From Candidatus Dormiibacterota bacterium (GTDB lineage: Bacteria > Chloroflexota > Dormibacteria > Aeolococcales > Aeolococcaceae), in contig PLWW01000123.1 of the NCBI GenBank assembly GCA_003153125.1, positions 10,463 to 65,293 of the forward strand: a stretch of DNA of 54,831 bases. The letters run 5' to 3'. Below the pieces are notes generated by a model. It saw nothing but the letters and a program-made list of their open reading frames with translations, was not told where the DNA came from and searched no databases. Within the stretch, counting starts at the first letter, position 1; every line of letters starts with the position of its first letter. Below are positions 1-9,235 of this stretch, in pieces. The position numbers and the translations under genes are program-made.

Positions 1-26
1 ACGACGGCGAAGTCATATGCGCGCAT
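1..26 (-). CDS. rpsF: 5' end of a gene leaving the window, probably 30S ribosomal protein S6
   Basis: ATG at 26 after a strong SD (AGGAGG); reads MRAYDFAV, like the S6 N-terminus MRxYE; rpsF often lies near oriC. Only 8 codons are visible. Confidence 0.5.
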
Positions 27-293
27 GACTATCCTCCTGTGGCGGGCGCCGGGAGTATTCCCCAGCGGGCCCACCACCCAGGGTGCGCGTGGTGTCACGC
101 GAAACGCAACCGCTTCGAAGCGCGCATTGTCGCCTCGCGCCGCACACCTGTCGAAACCCTCGGCACCAGGCTGAGATTCGACTGATGCCACGCCACATTT
201 CTGTTCTTGATCAGCTGTCCTGAGGGCAGCATGCTGCGGTGTCGATCTGACGCCGCAGCGTCGCAGACGGGCTCGGTCGAAGGCGAGGAATCG

Positions 294-1343
294 ATGGATA
301 CTTGCCCAGTGCCCTACCGCGGCGATCGCTGGAGTCTCGCGGCTGTTGTCATGGTGGGAGTCGCGGCTGTTGTTGTCGTCGTTGTCGCCGTCGTGGCGGG
401 CGCGGGTGGCACGACGGTCGCCCCCGCGCCCGCACCGTCCACGCCACACACCCCGAGCCCGACTGCCATCCCAGCCCAGCCCCTGTTGGGCTTCGGGTTC
501 AGCGCGGTCGAGGACCCCTTGTCACATCAGGTGGTCGTCTTCGGGGGAGTGGACAGCTACGACACCACATGGCTGTGGGATGGCAAGCGGTGGTCGCTCG
601 CGCATCCCCGTCTCACCCCGCCCGGCCGGTTCGCGGCCGCGTCTGCGTATGACCCGCTCACCGGGCTCGTCATGCTCTACGGCGGACGGCTCGGCCCTGG
701 AGACGTCGTCGACGACACCTGGGCATGGGACGGCAGGACCTGGGCAGAGCTCGACAGCGGCACCGGGGCCCCGCCAGCAGGCGAGGGTTCGGTGATGGCG
801 TGGGACGGCGTACACAGGCAGATGGTCCTCGTCAACAGCGCTGGGCTTTCGGCCGGACAGACCTGGCTCTGGACCGGAGCGCGCTGGGCGCGCCAGCAGA
901 CGGGCGCTCTCCCCGTCGGCCTCTTTGTGGTGGGCATGGCGGTCGATCCCGCGACAAGCGCATTTCTCGCAGTCGGCTGTTGCGCTCCCGGCAACTCCGC
1001 GACGTCCACCTGGAGTTGGGACGGCGGTGCCTGGCACCAGGTCAGCACGCACGCCGACCCTCCAGCAGTGGTCGGTCTCGCTGCGGACCCCACCGGCGGC
1101 AGCCTCCTCCTCTGCAGTGATCCAACCACGGCGGCCACCGGCCGGCAGGTGTGGACGTGGGGCGGAAGCGACTGGATTCCACATGCGGGCGCGAGGGTTC
1201 CGGTGATCCCGGAGGCGGAGGTGACCGACGTCGACGAGGGACACGTCCTCCTTCTCGGCTCCCTCGTCCAGGCGTCGCAGGGATCCCCGCAACCCGTCCA
1301 CGTGTGGTCATGGAATGGCTCGGCCTGGAACCAACAGAGCTGA
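294..1343 (+). CDS. Membrane-anchored Kelch-like beta-propeller protein
   Basis: N-terminal hydrophobic helix, Pro/Thr linker, repeated (D)TWxWDGxxW blades. Start uncertain (207/294/351). Confidence 0.75.
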   Translation: MDTCPVPYRGDRWSLAAVVMVGVAAVVVVVVAVVAGAGGTTVAPAPAPSTPHTPSPTAIPAQPLLGFGFSAVEDPLSHQVVVFGGVDSYDTTWLWDGKRWSLAHPRLTPPGRFAAASAYDPLTGLVMLYGGRLGPGDVVDDTWAWDGRTWAELDSGTGAPPAGEGSVMAWDGVHRQMVLVNSAGLSAGQTWLWTGARWARQQTGALPVGLFVVGMAVDPATSAFLAVGCCAPGNSATSTWSWDGGAWHQVSTHADPPAVVGLAADPTGGSLLLCSDPTTAATGRQVWTWGGSDWIPHAGARVPVIPEAEVTDVDEGHVLLLGSLVQASQGSPQPVHVWSWNGSAWNQQS

Positions 1344-1470
1344 GCAGGCAGGGTTCTCCAACACCCATCGCCGTCCGCAGAGCGTGACCCGCTCAGGAGT
1401 GCTGCCACCCTCTCACGGGGCGGGTCCGCACCATCGACACTCCACCAAGCCGTCGGTATCGTGCCCGTTC

Positions 1471-3597
1471 ATGACAGCACGGACGCGGTGGCCGGTTCGG
1501 CTCGCCTGGGGAATCGGCTTGTCCAGCTTTGTTCTACTGGTCGCAAGTGTCGTCCTGCTGGCTCTCGACTGGAAAGCGATCGACTCGCCGCTGACGGCGC
1601 AGGCACTGTATTTTCTCCAAGCGCCCATCGTCGGCATCCTCGGCGTTCTCCTCGCCGCACGGCGGCCCCGGAACCCCGTTGGTTGGTTGCTGCTGGCGAT
1701 CGCCGCCATAGGCGCGATCTACCTCACCGCCGACTTCGCTGCCATGCGCGGGCTGCTGAGCGGCGCAGGTCCGCGCAGCTGGGTAGCGTGGGCCGCCTGG
1801 GTGTTCAACAACACCGGCACGGTTGGTGGGCTCCTTCTCGGCTTCGTGATCCTGTTCTTCCCCGACGGACGTCTGCTGCCCGGACGGCTCTGGCGGTTGA
1901 TCGCATGGATCGTGTTCGCCCTCATCGGCATCGCGATCAGCACGTCGATGATCGGCGTGGGGACGATCCAGCTGTCACCGCGGCTTCCCGGCGTGCCCAA
2001 CCCGCTGGGCCTGCGTGCTCTTGACAGACTCACCAACAACGGTGCCGGCTCGACCGTTGGGCTGCTGCTGTTGCTGCTGCTCGTCTTCGCAGCAGCGGTG
2101 GTGCGCTTCCGCCGTTCTCGGGGCGTGGAGCGGAGCCAGCTTCGCTGGTTCGCGTACGTGGCCGTCGCTGCGCTGGGACTTCTTGTCTCGGGCTTCGCGC
2201 TCCCGGGCGCTGGATCCGCGGGACCGAGCGACATGGCGTGGGCCGCAGGAAGTTTCGGCCTCTTTGTCATCGTTCCAGCCACGATCGGGCTGGCCATCAT
2301 GCGGCACGGCCTGTACGACATCGACATCTTCGTCAGCCGCACCCTTGTGTACGGCTCACTTGCCGTCTTCATCACCGCCGTGTACGTGGGCATCGCCGTG
2401 GGCATCGGTACCCTGGTCGGCAGCGGCGGCAAACCCAACCTGGGCCTCTCCATCCTGGCCACCGCGGTCGTGGCTGTGGGTTTCCAGCCGGTGCGCGAGC
2501 GGGTGCAGCGGGTCGCCAACCGGCTGGTGTACGGCAGGCGGGCCACGCCGTACGAGGTGCTCTCCCAGTTCTCCGAGCGGGTCGCCGAGTCCTACGCCAG
2601 TGAGGATGTGCTCCCGCGCATGGCCCGGGTCCTCGGCGAGGGCACCAACGCCGACCTCGCCGAGGTCTGGCTGCGGCATGACGAAGCCCTGCACCGGGCG
2701 GCGGTCTTCCCACTCGATGACGCCACACCCGCGGCCGTGCACCTCAACGGCACCGCCCTGGCCATCCCCGGCGCCGACCGCTCCGTGGTGGTCCGCCACC
2801 AGGGCGAGGTGCTCGGCGCCCTCACCGTCACCAAGCGCCGCGGCGAGCAGATCACCCCCATCGAGGTCAAGCTCATGGACGACCTCGCCCACCAGGCCGG
2901 CCTGGTCCTCAAGAACGTCGGCCTCAGCGCCGACCTCCAGGCTCGCCTGGTCGACCTGCGCGCCTCCCGGCAGCGCCTCGTCGCCGCCCAGGACGACGAG
3001 CGACGCCGTCTCGAGCGCAATCTCCACGACGGCGCCCAGCAGCACCTCGTCGCTCTCAAGGTCAAGCTCGGCCTCGCCGAGATGCTGGCCAGCCGCGACC
3101 CCGAGCGCGCCCGGGCCACCGTCGCCGAGCTCAAGCACGATGCCGACGAGGCCCTGGAGACCCTCCGCGACCTGGCCCGGGGTATCTACCCGCCCCTGCT
3201 CGCTGAGAAGGGGCTGGCCGCCGCCCTGCAGGCCCAGGCCCGCAAGGCGACGCTGCCGGTCACCATCGAGGCCGACGGCATCGGCCGCTATTCCCAGGAC
3301 ACCGAGGCCGCCCTGTACTTCTGCATCCTCGAGGCCCTCCAGAACATCCAGAAGTACGCCCAGGCCTCGAGCGCGGTGGTCCGCCTCCGCGAGGACGGCG
3401 ACCGGCTCAGCGTGGAGGTCGCCGACGACGGCCGCGGCTTCGACGTCGCCGCCACCAGCCGCGGCAACGGGCTCACCAACATGGAGGACCGCCTCGACGC
3501 CCTCGGCGGCACCCTGCACATCGCCTCCAGCCCCGGCAACGGGACCACCCTGCGCGCGATCCTCCTGTTTGCTCGAGCCGTCAGCACTCGGGCGTAG
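1471..3597 (+). CDS. Multi-TM sensor histidine kinase (GAF-like + HisKA_3 + HATPase)
   Basis: ERRRLERNLHDGAQQ H-box, EALQNIQKYA N-box, DDGRGF and GNGL G-boxes; many N-terminal TM helices. Confidence 0.9.
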   Translation: MTARTRWPVRLAWGIGLSSFVLLVASVVLLALDWKAIDSPLTAQALYFLQAPIVGILGVLLAARRPRNPVGWLLLAIAAIGAIYLTADFAAMRGLLSGAGPRSWVAWAAWVFNNTGTVGGLLLGFVILFFPDGRLLPGRLWRLIAWIVFALIGIAISTSMIGVGTIQLSPRLPGVPNPLGLRALDRLTNNGAGSTVGLLLLLLLVFAAAVVRFRRSRGVERSQLRWFAYVAVAALGLLVSGFALPGAGSAGPSDMAWAAGSFGLFVIVPATIGLAIMRHGLYDIDIFVSRTLVYGSLAVFITAVYVGIAVGIGTLVGSGGKPNLGLSILATAVVAVGFQPVRERVQRVANRLVYGRRATPYEVLSQFSERVAESYASEDVLPRMARVLGEGTNADLAEVWLRHDEALHRAAVFPLDDATPAAVHLNGTALAIPGADRSVVVRHQGEVLGALTVTKRRGEQITPIEVKLMDDLAHQAGLVLKNVGLSADLQARLVDLRASRQRLVAAQDDERRRLERNLHDGAQQHLVALKVKLGLAEMLASRDPERARATVAELKHDADEALETLRDLARGIYPPLLAEKGLAAALQAQARKATLPVTIEADGIGRYSQDTEAALYFCILEALQNIQKYAQASSAVVRLREDGDRLSVEVADDGRGFDVAATSRGNGLTNMEDRLDALGGTLHIASSPGNGTTLRAILLFARAVSTRA

Positions 3598-3690
3598 GCC
3601 CGACGACGCTGAACCTCGGCAGACTGAAGTTCATGACTGCCCGGCGGGGCCTTCAGGCGCCACGACCCTCGGACTGATCTGCCGGCGGCG

Positions 3691-4308
3691 CTACCGGCCA
3701 GGTCCGGCAGTGGAAAGAGCCAGCGCGGTCATGGTCTCGACCGCCTCTCGGTCCGAGAGTTCCTGCTCGACACACAGCGACCGCCACGTGGCGAACTTCA
3801 CCGCATGTCCGAGCACGGCCTTGAGCCGGCGGCGCCGCGCACCGCGTGCCGCGAACGGCTGCAGCAGGACATCACGAAGATGGGCGTCGGTCCCCTCATT
3901 GCTTTGCCGGACATCCTCGGGGAGAACCTCCCTGTCGCGGTCCACGTTGGTCAGCATCGCTTCTCCCCCCCGGTAGAAGCGGTAGAGGTCGGACAGGCCG
4001 AGCCGCAGCCGATCGGCCGGATCCACCGTCCGAGCCCATGACGCGACGTCTGGCTGGACCTGCTGCGCCAACCAGTGCTCTTTGCAGGCCGCGTACAGCT
4101 GCTCAACGTCGGGGAAGTGGCGGTACACCGTGAGACGCGTGACGCCCGCCTGCTGGGCGATGCCGGCCACCGTTGTCGCGGCGAGACCGATGGTCGCGTG
4201 GAGATGAACCGTGGCTTCGACGATTCGCCGGCGGGTCCTGCTGACCTGCTCGGCCCGGTCGCGCATCCGGTACGTCCGCTTATTGGCGATACGGCGCTGT
4301 TCACTCAA
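3691..4308 (-). CDS. TetR/AcrR family transcriptional regulator
   Basis: TTVAGIAQQAGVTRLTVYRHF HTH; TTG start at 4308 inferred; divergent from the cupin gene. Confidence 0.85.
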   Translation of the reverse strand: MSEQRRIANKRTYRMRDRAEQVSRTRRRIVEATVHLHATIGLAATTVAGIAQQAGVTRLTVYRHFPDVEQLYAACKEHWLAQQVQPDVASWARTVDPADRLRLGLSDLYRFYRGGEAMLTNVDRDREVLPEDVRQSNEGTDAHLRDVLLQPFAARGARRRRLKAVLGHAVKFATWRSLCVEQELSDREAVETMTALALSTAGPGR

Positions 4309-4311
4309 CTG

Positions 4312-4360
4312 TTGACATCCTCGCACCCGTGCCTCACTCTTTGGTGAACAGTATCGTTCA
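4312..4360 (+). promoter_or_regulatory. Sigma70-type promoter for the cupin gene with a candidate TetR operator
   Basis: TTGACA (4312)-17 nt-CACTCT (4335), followed by the inverted repeat TGAAC-N6-GTTCA (4345-4360). Confidence 0.5.
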
Positions 4361-4383
4361 TCCAAATACGCGAGGCCTCCTGC

Positions 4384-4902
4384 ATGAGCACCACCGAATC
4401 CCCGCCACTGACGATCGTCCAACCCGGCGCCGGTCGGAGGGGTGGCCTGGCACCCGGCATTGGCGTGGTGTTCAAGCTGGGCGCCGAGGACACGACGGGG
4501 GCTCTGTCCGTGGTCGAGCATCCCTTTGAGGTCGGCGCGTTGGTTCCGCCTCATCTGCACACCCGCGAGGATGAGTACTCGATCGTCCTCGAGGGCGAGA
4601 TCGGCTTCCGCTCCGGCGACCGCGAGGTCGTGCTGGGTCCGGGTGGCTACATCACCAAGCCACGCAATGAGATGCACGCGATGTGGAACGCGGGGTCCGA
4701 GCGCGCCCGCATGATCGAGATCATCAGCCCCGCAGGGTTCGAGCGATTCTTCGCCGAGCTTGCCGACCTCGTCGAGGGCGGGGCCTTCACGATGGAGGCG
4801 ATGGCAGGCATCGCGGAAGGGTACGGCCTGAGCTTCGGCAGCCCGGATTGGTTGCCCGGCGTGGTCGAGCGCTACGGTTTGAACGCGCCGCAGGGCGGCT
4901 GA
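4384..4902 (+). CDS. Cupin domain protein
   Basis: PPHLHTREDE...LEGE and PRNEMHAMWN cupin motifs. Confidence 0.88.
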   Translation: MSTTESPPLTIVQPGAGRRGGLAPGIGVVFKLGAEDTTGALSVVEHPFEVGALVPPHLHTREDEYSIVLEGEIGFRSGDREVVLGPGGYITKPRNEMHAMWNAGSERARMIEIISPAGFERFFAELADLVEGGAFTMEAMAGIAEGYGLSFGSPDWLPGVVERYGLNAPQGG

Positions 4903-5059
4903 CCCGCTCCTGCTACCTCACGCGGCAGCGCCCGACGCAACGCCGAACGCGCGCATCAGCTCCGCGGCCATGTTGGAACAGGAATTCAGCAGGCCTCCCG
5001 TTGTCGACGACGCAGCCATGCGGCGGTTGCGCGGCGTCGATCGCTGCTAGCGTTGCGGC

Positions 5060-5815
5060 ATGCTCGCGCTCACCCAGCCGCTGCGTCCGCACTGGCGCAT
5101 CGAGCAGGCCGACTGCCTCGCGTTCCTCGCGTCGCTGCCCGACCGCTCGGTCGACGTCATCACCACCGACCCGGCCTACAGCGGCATGAACCAGCACATG
5201 TCCTTCGGTCGCGGACGCATCGTCGGGCGCTACGCCGACTCTGACAACGACCGCTGGTTCACTGAGTTCCGCGACGACCCGGCCACCTTCGTCACCTTCC
5301 TGCGCGAGTGCCACCGCGTGCTCGCCGACGGCGGCCACATCTACGTCATGTTCGACAGCTTCTCGCTGCTCTCCCTCGGCCACCTCATGCGTGAGGTGTT
5401 CGCGGTCAAGAACGTGATCGTGTGGGACAAGGTCAACCTGGGCATGGGCCACTACTTCCGGCGCCGCCACGAGACGATCGTGTTCGCCACCAAGGGGCAC
5501 CGCCGCCTCTCCCGCCGCGACCTGCCTGACGTGTGGGCGATCAAGCGGATCCACCGCGCCCTGTACCCGACGCAGAAACCGGTGGCGCTCTTCACCAAGA
5601 TGCTGTCCGGCAGCGCCGAGCCGGGGATGACGGTGTGCGACCCGTTCGTGGGCAGCGGCTCCTCGGCGGTGGCGGCGCTGCTCGCCGGCTGCGCAGTGGC
5701 GGCCTCGGACGTCGACCCGCGTGCGGTCGACATCGCGCGCCGGCGGTGCCTGACGGTGAGTGCGGGCGGACCCGACCCGGGCGAGCGTGCGGCGCTCGTA
5801 GACTCCGCCCCGTGA
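5060..5815 (+). CDS. Beta-class N6A/N4C DNA methyltransferase (orphan)
   Basis: TDPAY (motif IV variant), YPTQKP, DPFVGSGSS (motif I) in beta order. Confidence 0.85.
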   Translation: MLALTQPLRPHWRIEQADCLAFLASLPDRSVDVITTDPAYSGMNQHMSFGRGRIVGRYADSDNDRWFTEFRDDPATFVTFLRECHRVLADGGHIYVMFDSFSLLSLGHLMREVFAVKNVIVWDKVNLGMGHYFRRRHETIVFATKGHRRLSRRDLPDVWAIKRIHRALYPTQKPVALFTKMLSGSAEPGMTVCDPFVGSGSSAVAALLAGCAVAASDVDPRAVDIARRRCLTVSAGGPDPGERAALVDSAP

Positions 5816-6969
5816 GCGTGGAACACAGCGCGGAGCAGCGCGAGATCGTTGCCCTGGTTCGGGATTTCGTGGAGCGCGAGATCCTCCCCGCCGTGCATCA
5901 GCTCGAGCATGACGACGAATACCCCACGCAGATCGTCGCCAAGATGAAGGAGCTCGGCTTCTTCGGCTTCGCCATCCCTGAGGAGTACGGCGGCACCGGG
6001 CTCGACTACGAGACCTACGCGATGTGTTGCGAGGAGATCGCCCGCGGCTGGATGTCGATCACGGGCGTCATCAACACGCACTTCATCGTCAGCTATCTCA
6101 TCGACACCTACGGCACCGCCGAGCAGAAGCAGCGGTTCCTCCCCGACATGGCGACCGGCGCCATGCACGGCGCCTTCTCGATGAGCGAGCCCAACTGCGG
6201 CAGTGACGTCCAGGCCATCGAGACGCGGGCGGTGCGCGACGGCGACGACTACGTCGTCAACGGCACCAAGATGTGGGCCACCAACGGTGAACACTCGACT
6301 GTTGTGGCGACGCTGGTGAAGACCGACCCGGGCGCCAAACCTGTCTGGAAGGGGATGTCATGCATCCTCGCGGAGAAGGTCTACGCCGGGTTTCGCTCCA
6401 CCAAGCGTATCGAGAAGCTGGGCTACAAGGGAGTGGAGACGACTGAGCTCGTCTTCGAGGACAACCGCCAGCCCGCCACCAACCTGCTCGGTGGCGTCGA
6501 GGGCCAGGGGTTCAAGCAGATGATGGCGGCCATCGAGGTGGGCCGCGTCAACGTCGCCGCCCGCGGTGTCGGTGTCGCCCAGCGCGCCTTCGAGCTGTCC
6601 ATCGAGTACGCGCAGCAGCGCCACGCCTTTGGCGTCCCCATCGCCAAGCACCAGGCCATTCAGCTGAAGCTCGCTGACATGGCCACCTCGATCACCGCAG
6701 CTCGGCTGATGACGCAGATGGCCGCCCGCAAGAAGGACGCCGGTGAGCGCGCCGACGTGGAATGCGGTATGGCCAAGCTCTTCGCCACCGAGACCTGCTT
6801 CGAGTGCGTCACGGAGGCGATGCGCATCCACGGGGGTTACGGCTTCTCGAAGGAGTACGAGGTGGAGCGGCTGTACCGCGACGCCCCGTTGCTGATCATC
6901 GGCGAGGGCACCAACGAGATCCAGAAGCTGATCATCGCCCGCGGCCTCCTGGAGCGCTACAAGGTCTGA
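5812..6969 (+). CDS. Acyl-CoA dehydrogenase
   Basis: SMSEPNCGSD, NGTKMWATNG, IHGGYGF, IGEGTNEIQ; GTG start overlaps the upstream TGA. Confidence 0.95.
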   Translation: MSVEHSAEQREIVALVRDFVEREILPAVHQLEHDDEYPTQIVAKMKELGFFGFAIPEEYGGTGLDYETYAMCCEEIARGWMSITGVINTHFIVSYLIDTYGTAEQKQRFLPDMATGAMHGAFSMSEPNCGSDVQAIETRAVRDGDDYVVNGTKMWATNGEHSTVVATLVKTDPGAKPVWKGMSCILAEKVYAGFRSTKRIEKLGYKGVETTELVFEDNRQPATNLLGGVEGQGFKQMMAAIEVGRVNVAARGVGVAQRAFELSIEYAQQRHAFGVPIAKHQAIQLKLADMATSITAARLMTQMAARKKDAGERADVECGMAKLFATETCFECVTEAMRIHGGYGFSKEYEVERLYRDAPLLIIGEGTNEIQKLIIARGLLERYKV

Positions 6970-6984
6970 AACACGCTGCATGGC

Positions 6985-7686
6985 TCAGGCGATGGAGAAT
7001 GTCTCCCCGTCCCCGTGTTGGATGCGCTCGCCGGGCGCGCCCAGAATCCACACCGAGCCTCGGCCCATGACCCGCCAGTTAGTCGGACCATCGACCATCG
7101 CTGTGTCCTCGTCGATGCCGATGACGTGCACGCCCGGTGGCGTGTGGTCGACGAACCACGTGGTGGCCCCGGGACGCCAGCGGTCGATCTGGTCGAAGTG
7201 AGGGAGCACCGCCATGCCGCGCGCCAGGCCGAAACCGGGAACCGACGGCTCGCCGCGGCGGCGGATGTCGGGAACGCTCTCTGCGAGCGCGATGGCTCCC
7301 GCGGAGCAGCCGGCGACGGCAGCCCCGCCCAGCCACGCCTCGCGGATGGCGTCACCGACACGGCTTCCCACCAACGTCCTCGCCAGGTAGGTGGGATCGC
7401 CCCCCGACATGTAGATCAGGCCCGCACCAGCGACCTGCGCCGCGATCGCGGCATCATCGGCGTGAGCGCGGTCGCGCACCATCAGGGCCGTCGCCTCGAT
7501 GTCCAGGCGCCGGTAATGGGTGCGTCCAAGTTCCACCCAGTAGGACGTTCGCTTGGCGCCCTCGAGCGCCGCCGCCGTGGGCAGGAACACGACACGCTGC
7601 TCACGACCCTTGAGAAGCGCGATGTCGACCGCCTCGGTCGCCGGCGTGAACTCACCGCTGCCGACCAGGCCGAGAGGACCGCTCAC
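6985..7686 (-). CDS. Peptidase S51 (cyanophycinase/peptidase E-like)
   Basis: FLPTAA, IYMSGGDP, GCSAGA nucleophile, PHFD, GIDEDT. Confidence 0.85.
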   Translation of the reverse strand: MSGPLGLVGSGEFTPATEAVDIALLKGREQRVVFLPTAAALEGAKRTSYWVELGRTHYRRLDIEATALMVRDRAHADDAAIAAQVAGAGLIYMSGGDPTYLARTLVGSRVGDAIREAWLGGAAVAGCSAGAIALAESVPDIRRRGEPSVPGFGLARGMAVLPHFDQIDRWRPGATTWFVDHTPPGVHVIGIDEDTAMVDGPTNWRVMGRGSVWILGAPGERIQHGDGETFSIA

Positions 7687-7759
7687 CGCCGCATTGTGCA
7701 CAGCGATACGGCGCAGTCGGATGGCGTGCCGGCCGCTGCTCAATGAGCCAGCGTGCCCG

Positions 7760-8626
7760 TCAACCAGTCAGGTCGAGGACTGGAACGTCCGGCCCAAGTC
7801 GTTGCCGCATCACCGTCACAGCGTCGGCGCTGCGGTCGACAAGGACGAAGCGGCGGCCGAGGCCCTGGGCGGCGACGCCGGTCGTCCCGCTGCCGGCGCA
7901 CCAGTCGACAACAAGGTCGTCGGCACGCGATGATGCGGCCACGATGCGACGCAGCACCCCCAGGGGTTTCTGCGTCGGGTACCCGGTGCGCTCGCGCGAG
8001 TTGGTCGGCACGATCGTGTGCCACCACACATCGGTGGGCGTCTTGCCACGCGCGGCGCGGTCGCTCGTCTGCAGCCGGGGCGCCATGTACGGGATGCGGT
8101 CGACGCCGGTGAGGTCGAAATGATGAGCCCCCGCACTGCGTGCGTACACGAGGATGACGTCGTGCTTGGCGGACCAGCGCCTCGTCGAGCGCGCCCCGTA
8201 GTCGTACGCCCAGATCACCTCGTTGAGGAAGCAGTCGCGCCCGAAGACCTCGTCAAGGAGCACCTTGCAGTAGTGCGATTCACGAGGGTCGACGTGCAGG
8301 TAGAAGGTGCCGTGCCGGGCGAGCACTCGTCGCGTCTGCTCACAGTGCGGACGCAGCCAGCTCAGGTAGTCGTCGAAGCTGTCGTCGAATCCCGCCGTGC
8401 CGGTGCGCTCGGTGCGGTAGGTGGCGCCGGCGAACCCGCGGCGCGTCGCCGCATCATCGCGGGTCGCGCGCACCCGCACGCCGTCGCGACGGTTTCCCGT
8501 GTTGAAGGGCGGGTCCGCGTACACGAGGCCCGCGCAACCGTCGGGGAGTCCGCCCAGGAGCGCCAGCGCGTCCCCGTGGACGATCAGGCCTGCTCCCGAC
8601 TCCGAAGGCAGCGCGGCAGCGAACAC
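7760..8626 (-). CDS. Beta-class DNA adenine methyltransferase (orphan)
   Basis: YADPPF, NEVIWAY, YPTQKP, DWCAGSGTT; GTG start at 8626 inferred. Confidence 0.88.
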   Translation of the reverse strand: MFAAALPSESGAGLIVHGDALALLGGLPDGCAGLVYADPPFNTGNRRDGVRVRATRDDAATRRGFAGATYRTERTGTAGFDDSFDDYLSWLRPHCEQTRRVLARHGTFYLHVDPRESHYCKVLLDEVFGRDCFLNEVIWAYDYGARSTRRWSAKHDVILVYARSAGAHHFDLTGVDRIPYMAPRLQTSDRAARGKTPTDVWWHTIVPTNSRERTGYPTQKPLGVLRRIVAASSRADDLVVDWCAGSGTTGVAAQGLGRRFVLVDRSADAVTVMRQRLGPDVPVLDLTG

Positions 8627-8731
8627 GGCTGCAGCGTACAGGAGGGCCAAGCCCCGCCCGGGACCGTCGCAGGCGGCGTCCACTAGAGTTGGCGGCGAAG
8701 GGGGGTCCGCCCCGACCAAGAGGGTGAGCCG

Positions 8732-9235
8732 ATGCAGTTCGGGCGCTACTACGAGGAGTTCGAGGTCGGGGCGACGTACAAGCACTGGCCGGGCAAGACG
8801 ATCACCGAGTTCGACGACCACATGTTCTGCCTGCTGACCATGAACCATCACCCTCTCCACACCGACGCTCACTACGCGGCGACGCAGACGCAGTTCAAGC
8901 GCAACGTGGTGGTGGGCAACCTGGTGTACAGCCTCGCGCTGGGGATGAGCGTCGCCGATGTCAGCGGCAAGGCGATTGCCAACCTCGAGGTCGAGAACCT
9001 CAAGCACGAGAACCCGACCTTCCACGGCGACACCATCTACGCCGAGACCACCGTGCTCGACAAGCGTGAGTCGTCGAGCAGGCCCGACCGGGGCATCGTC
9101 AGCGTGGAGACGCGCGCCTTCAACCAGCACGGCGAGCGCGTCTGCATCTTCAGGCGCAGCGTCATGGTTCCCAAGCGCGAAGCCGCCGGCGAGTTGCAGC
9201 CCGCCGACCTGCCGCCGCCCGTCAACGGCGCGTGA
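8732..9235 (+). CDS. MaoC family dehydratase
   Basis: GRYYEEFEVG, TMNHHPLHTD, PTFHGDTIYAET hot-dog fold motifs. Confidence 0.92.
   Translation: MQFGRYYEEFEVGATYKHWPGKTITEFDDHMFCLLTMNHHPLHTDAHYAATQTQFKRNVVVGNLVYSLALGMSVADVSGKAIANLEVENLKHENPTFHGDTIYAETTVLDKRESSSRPDRGIVSVETRAFNQHGERVCIFRRSVMVPKREAAGELQPADLPPPVNGA

Noticed and set aside
5060-8626. Restriction-modification or other defence island
   Set aside because: No nuclease, helicase, specificity subunit or mobile-element hallmark nearby.
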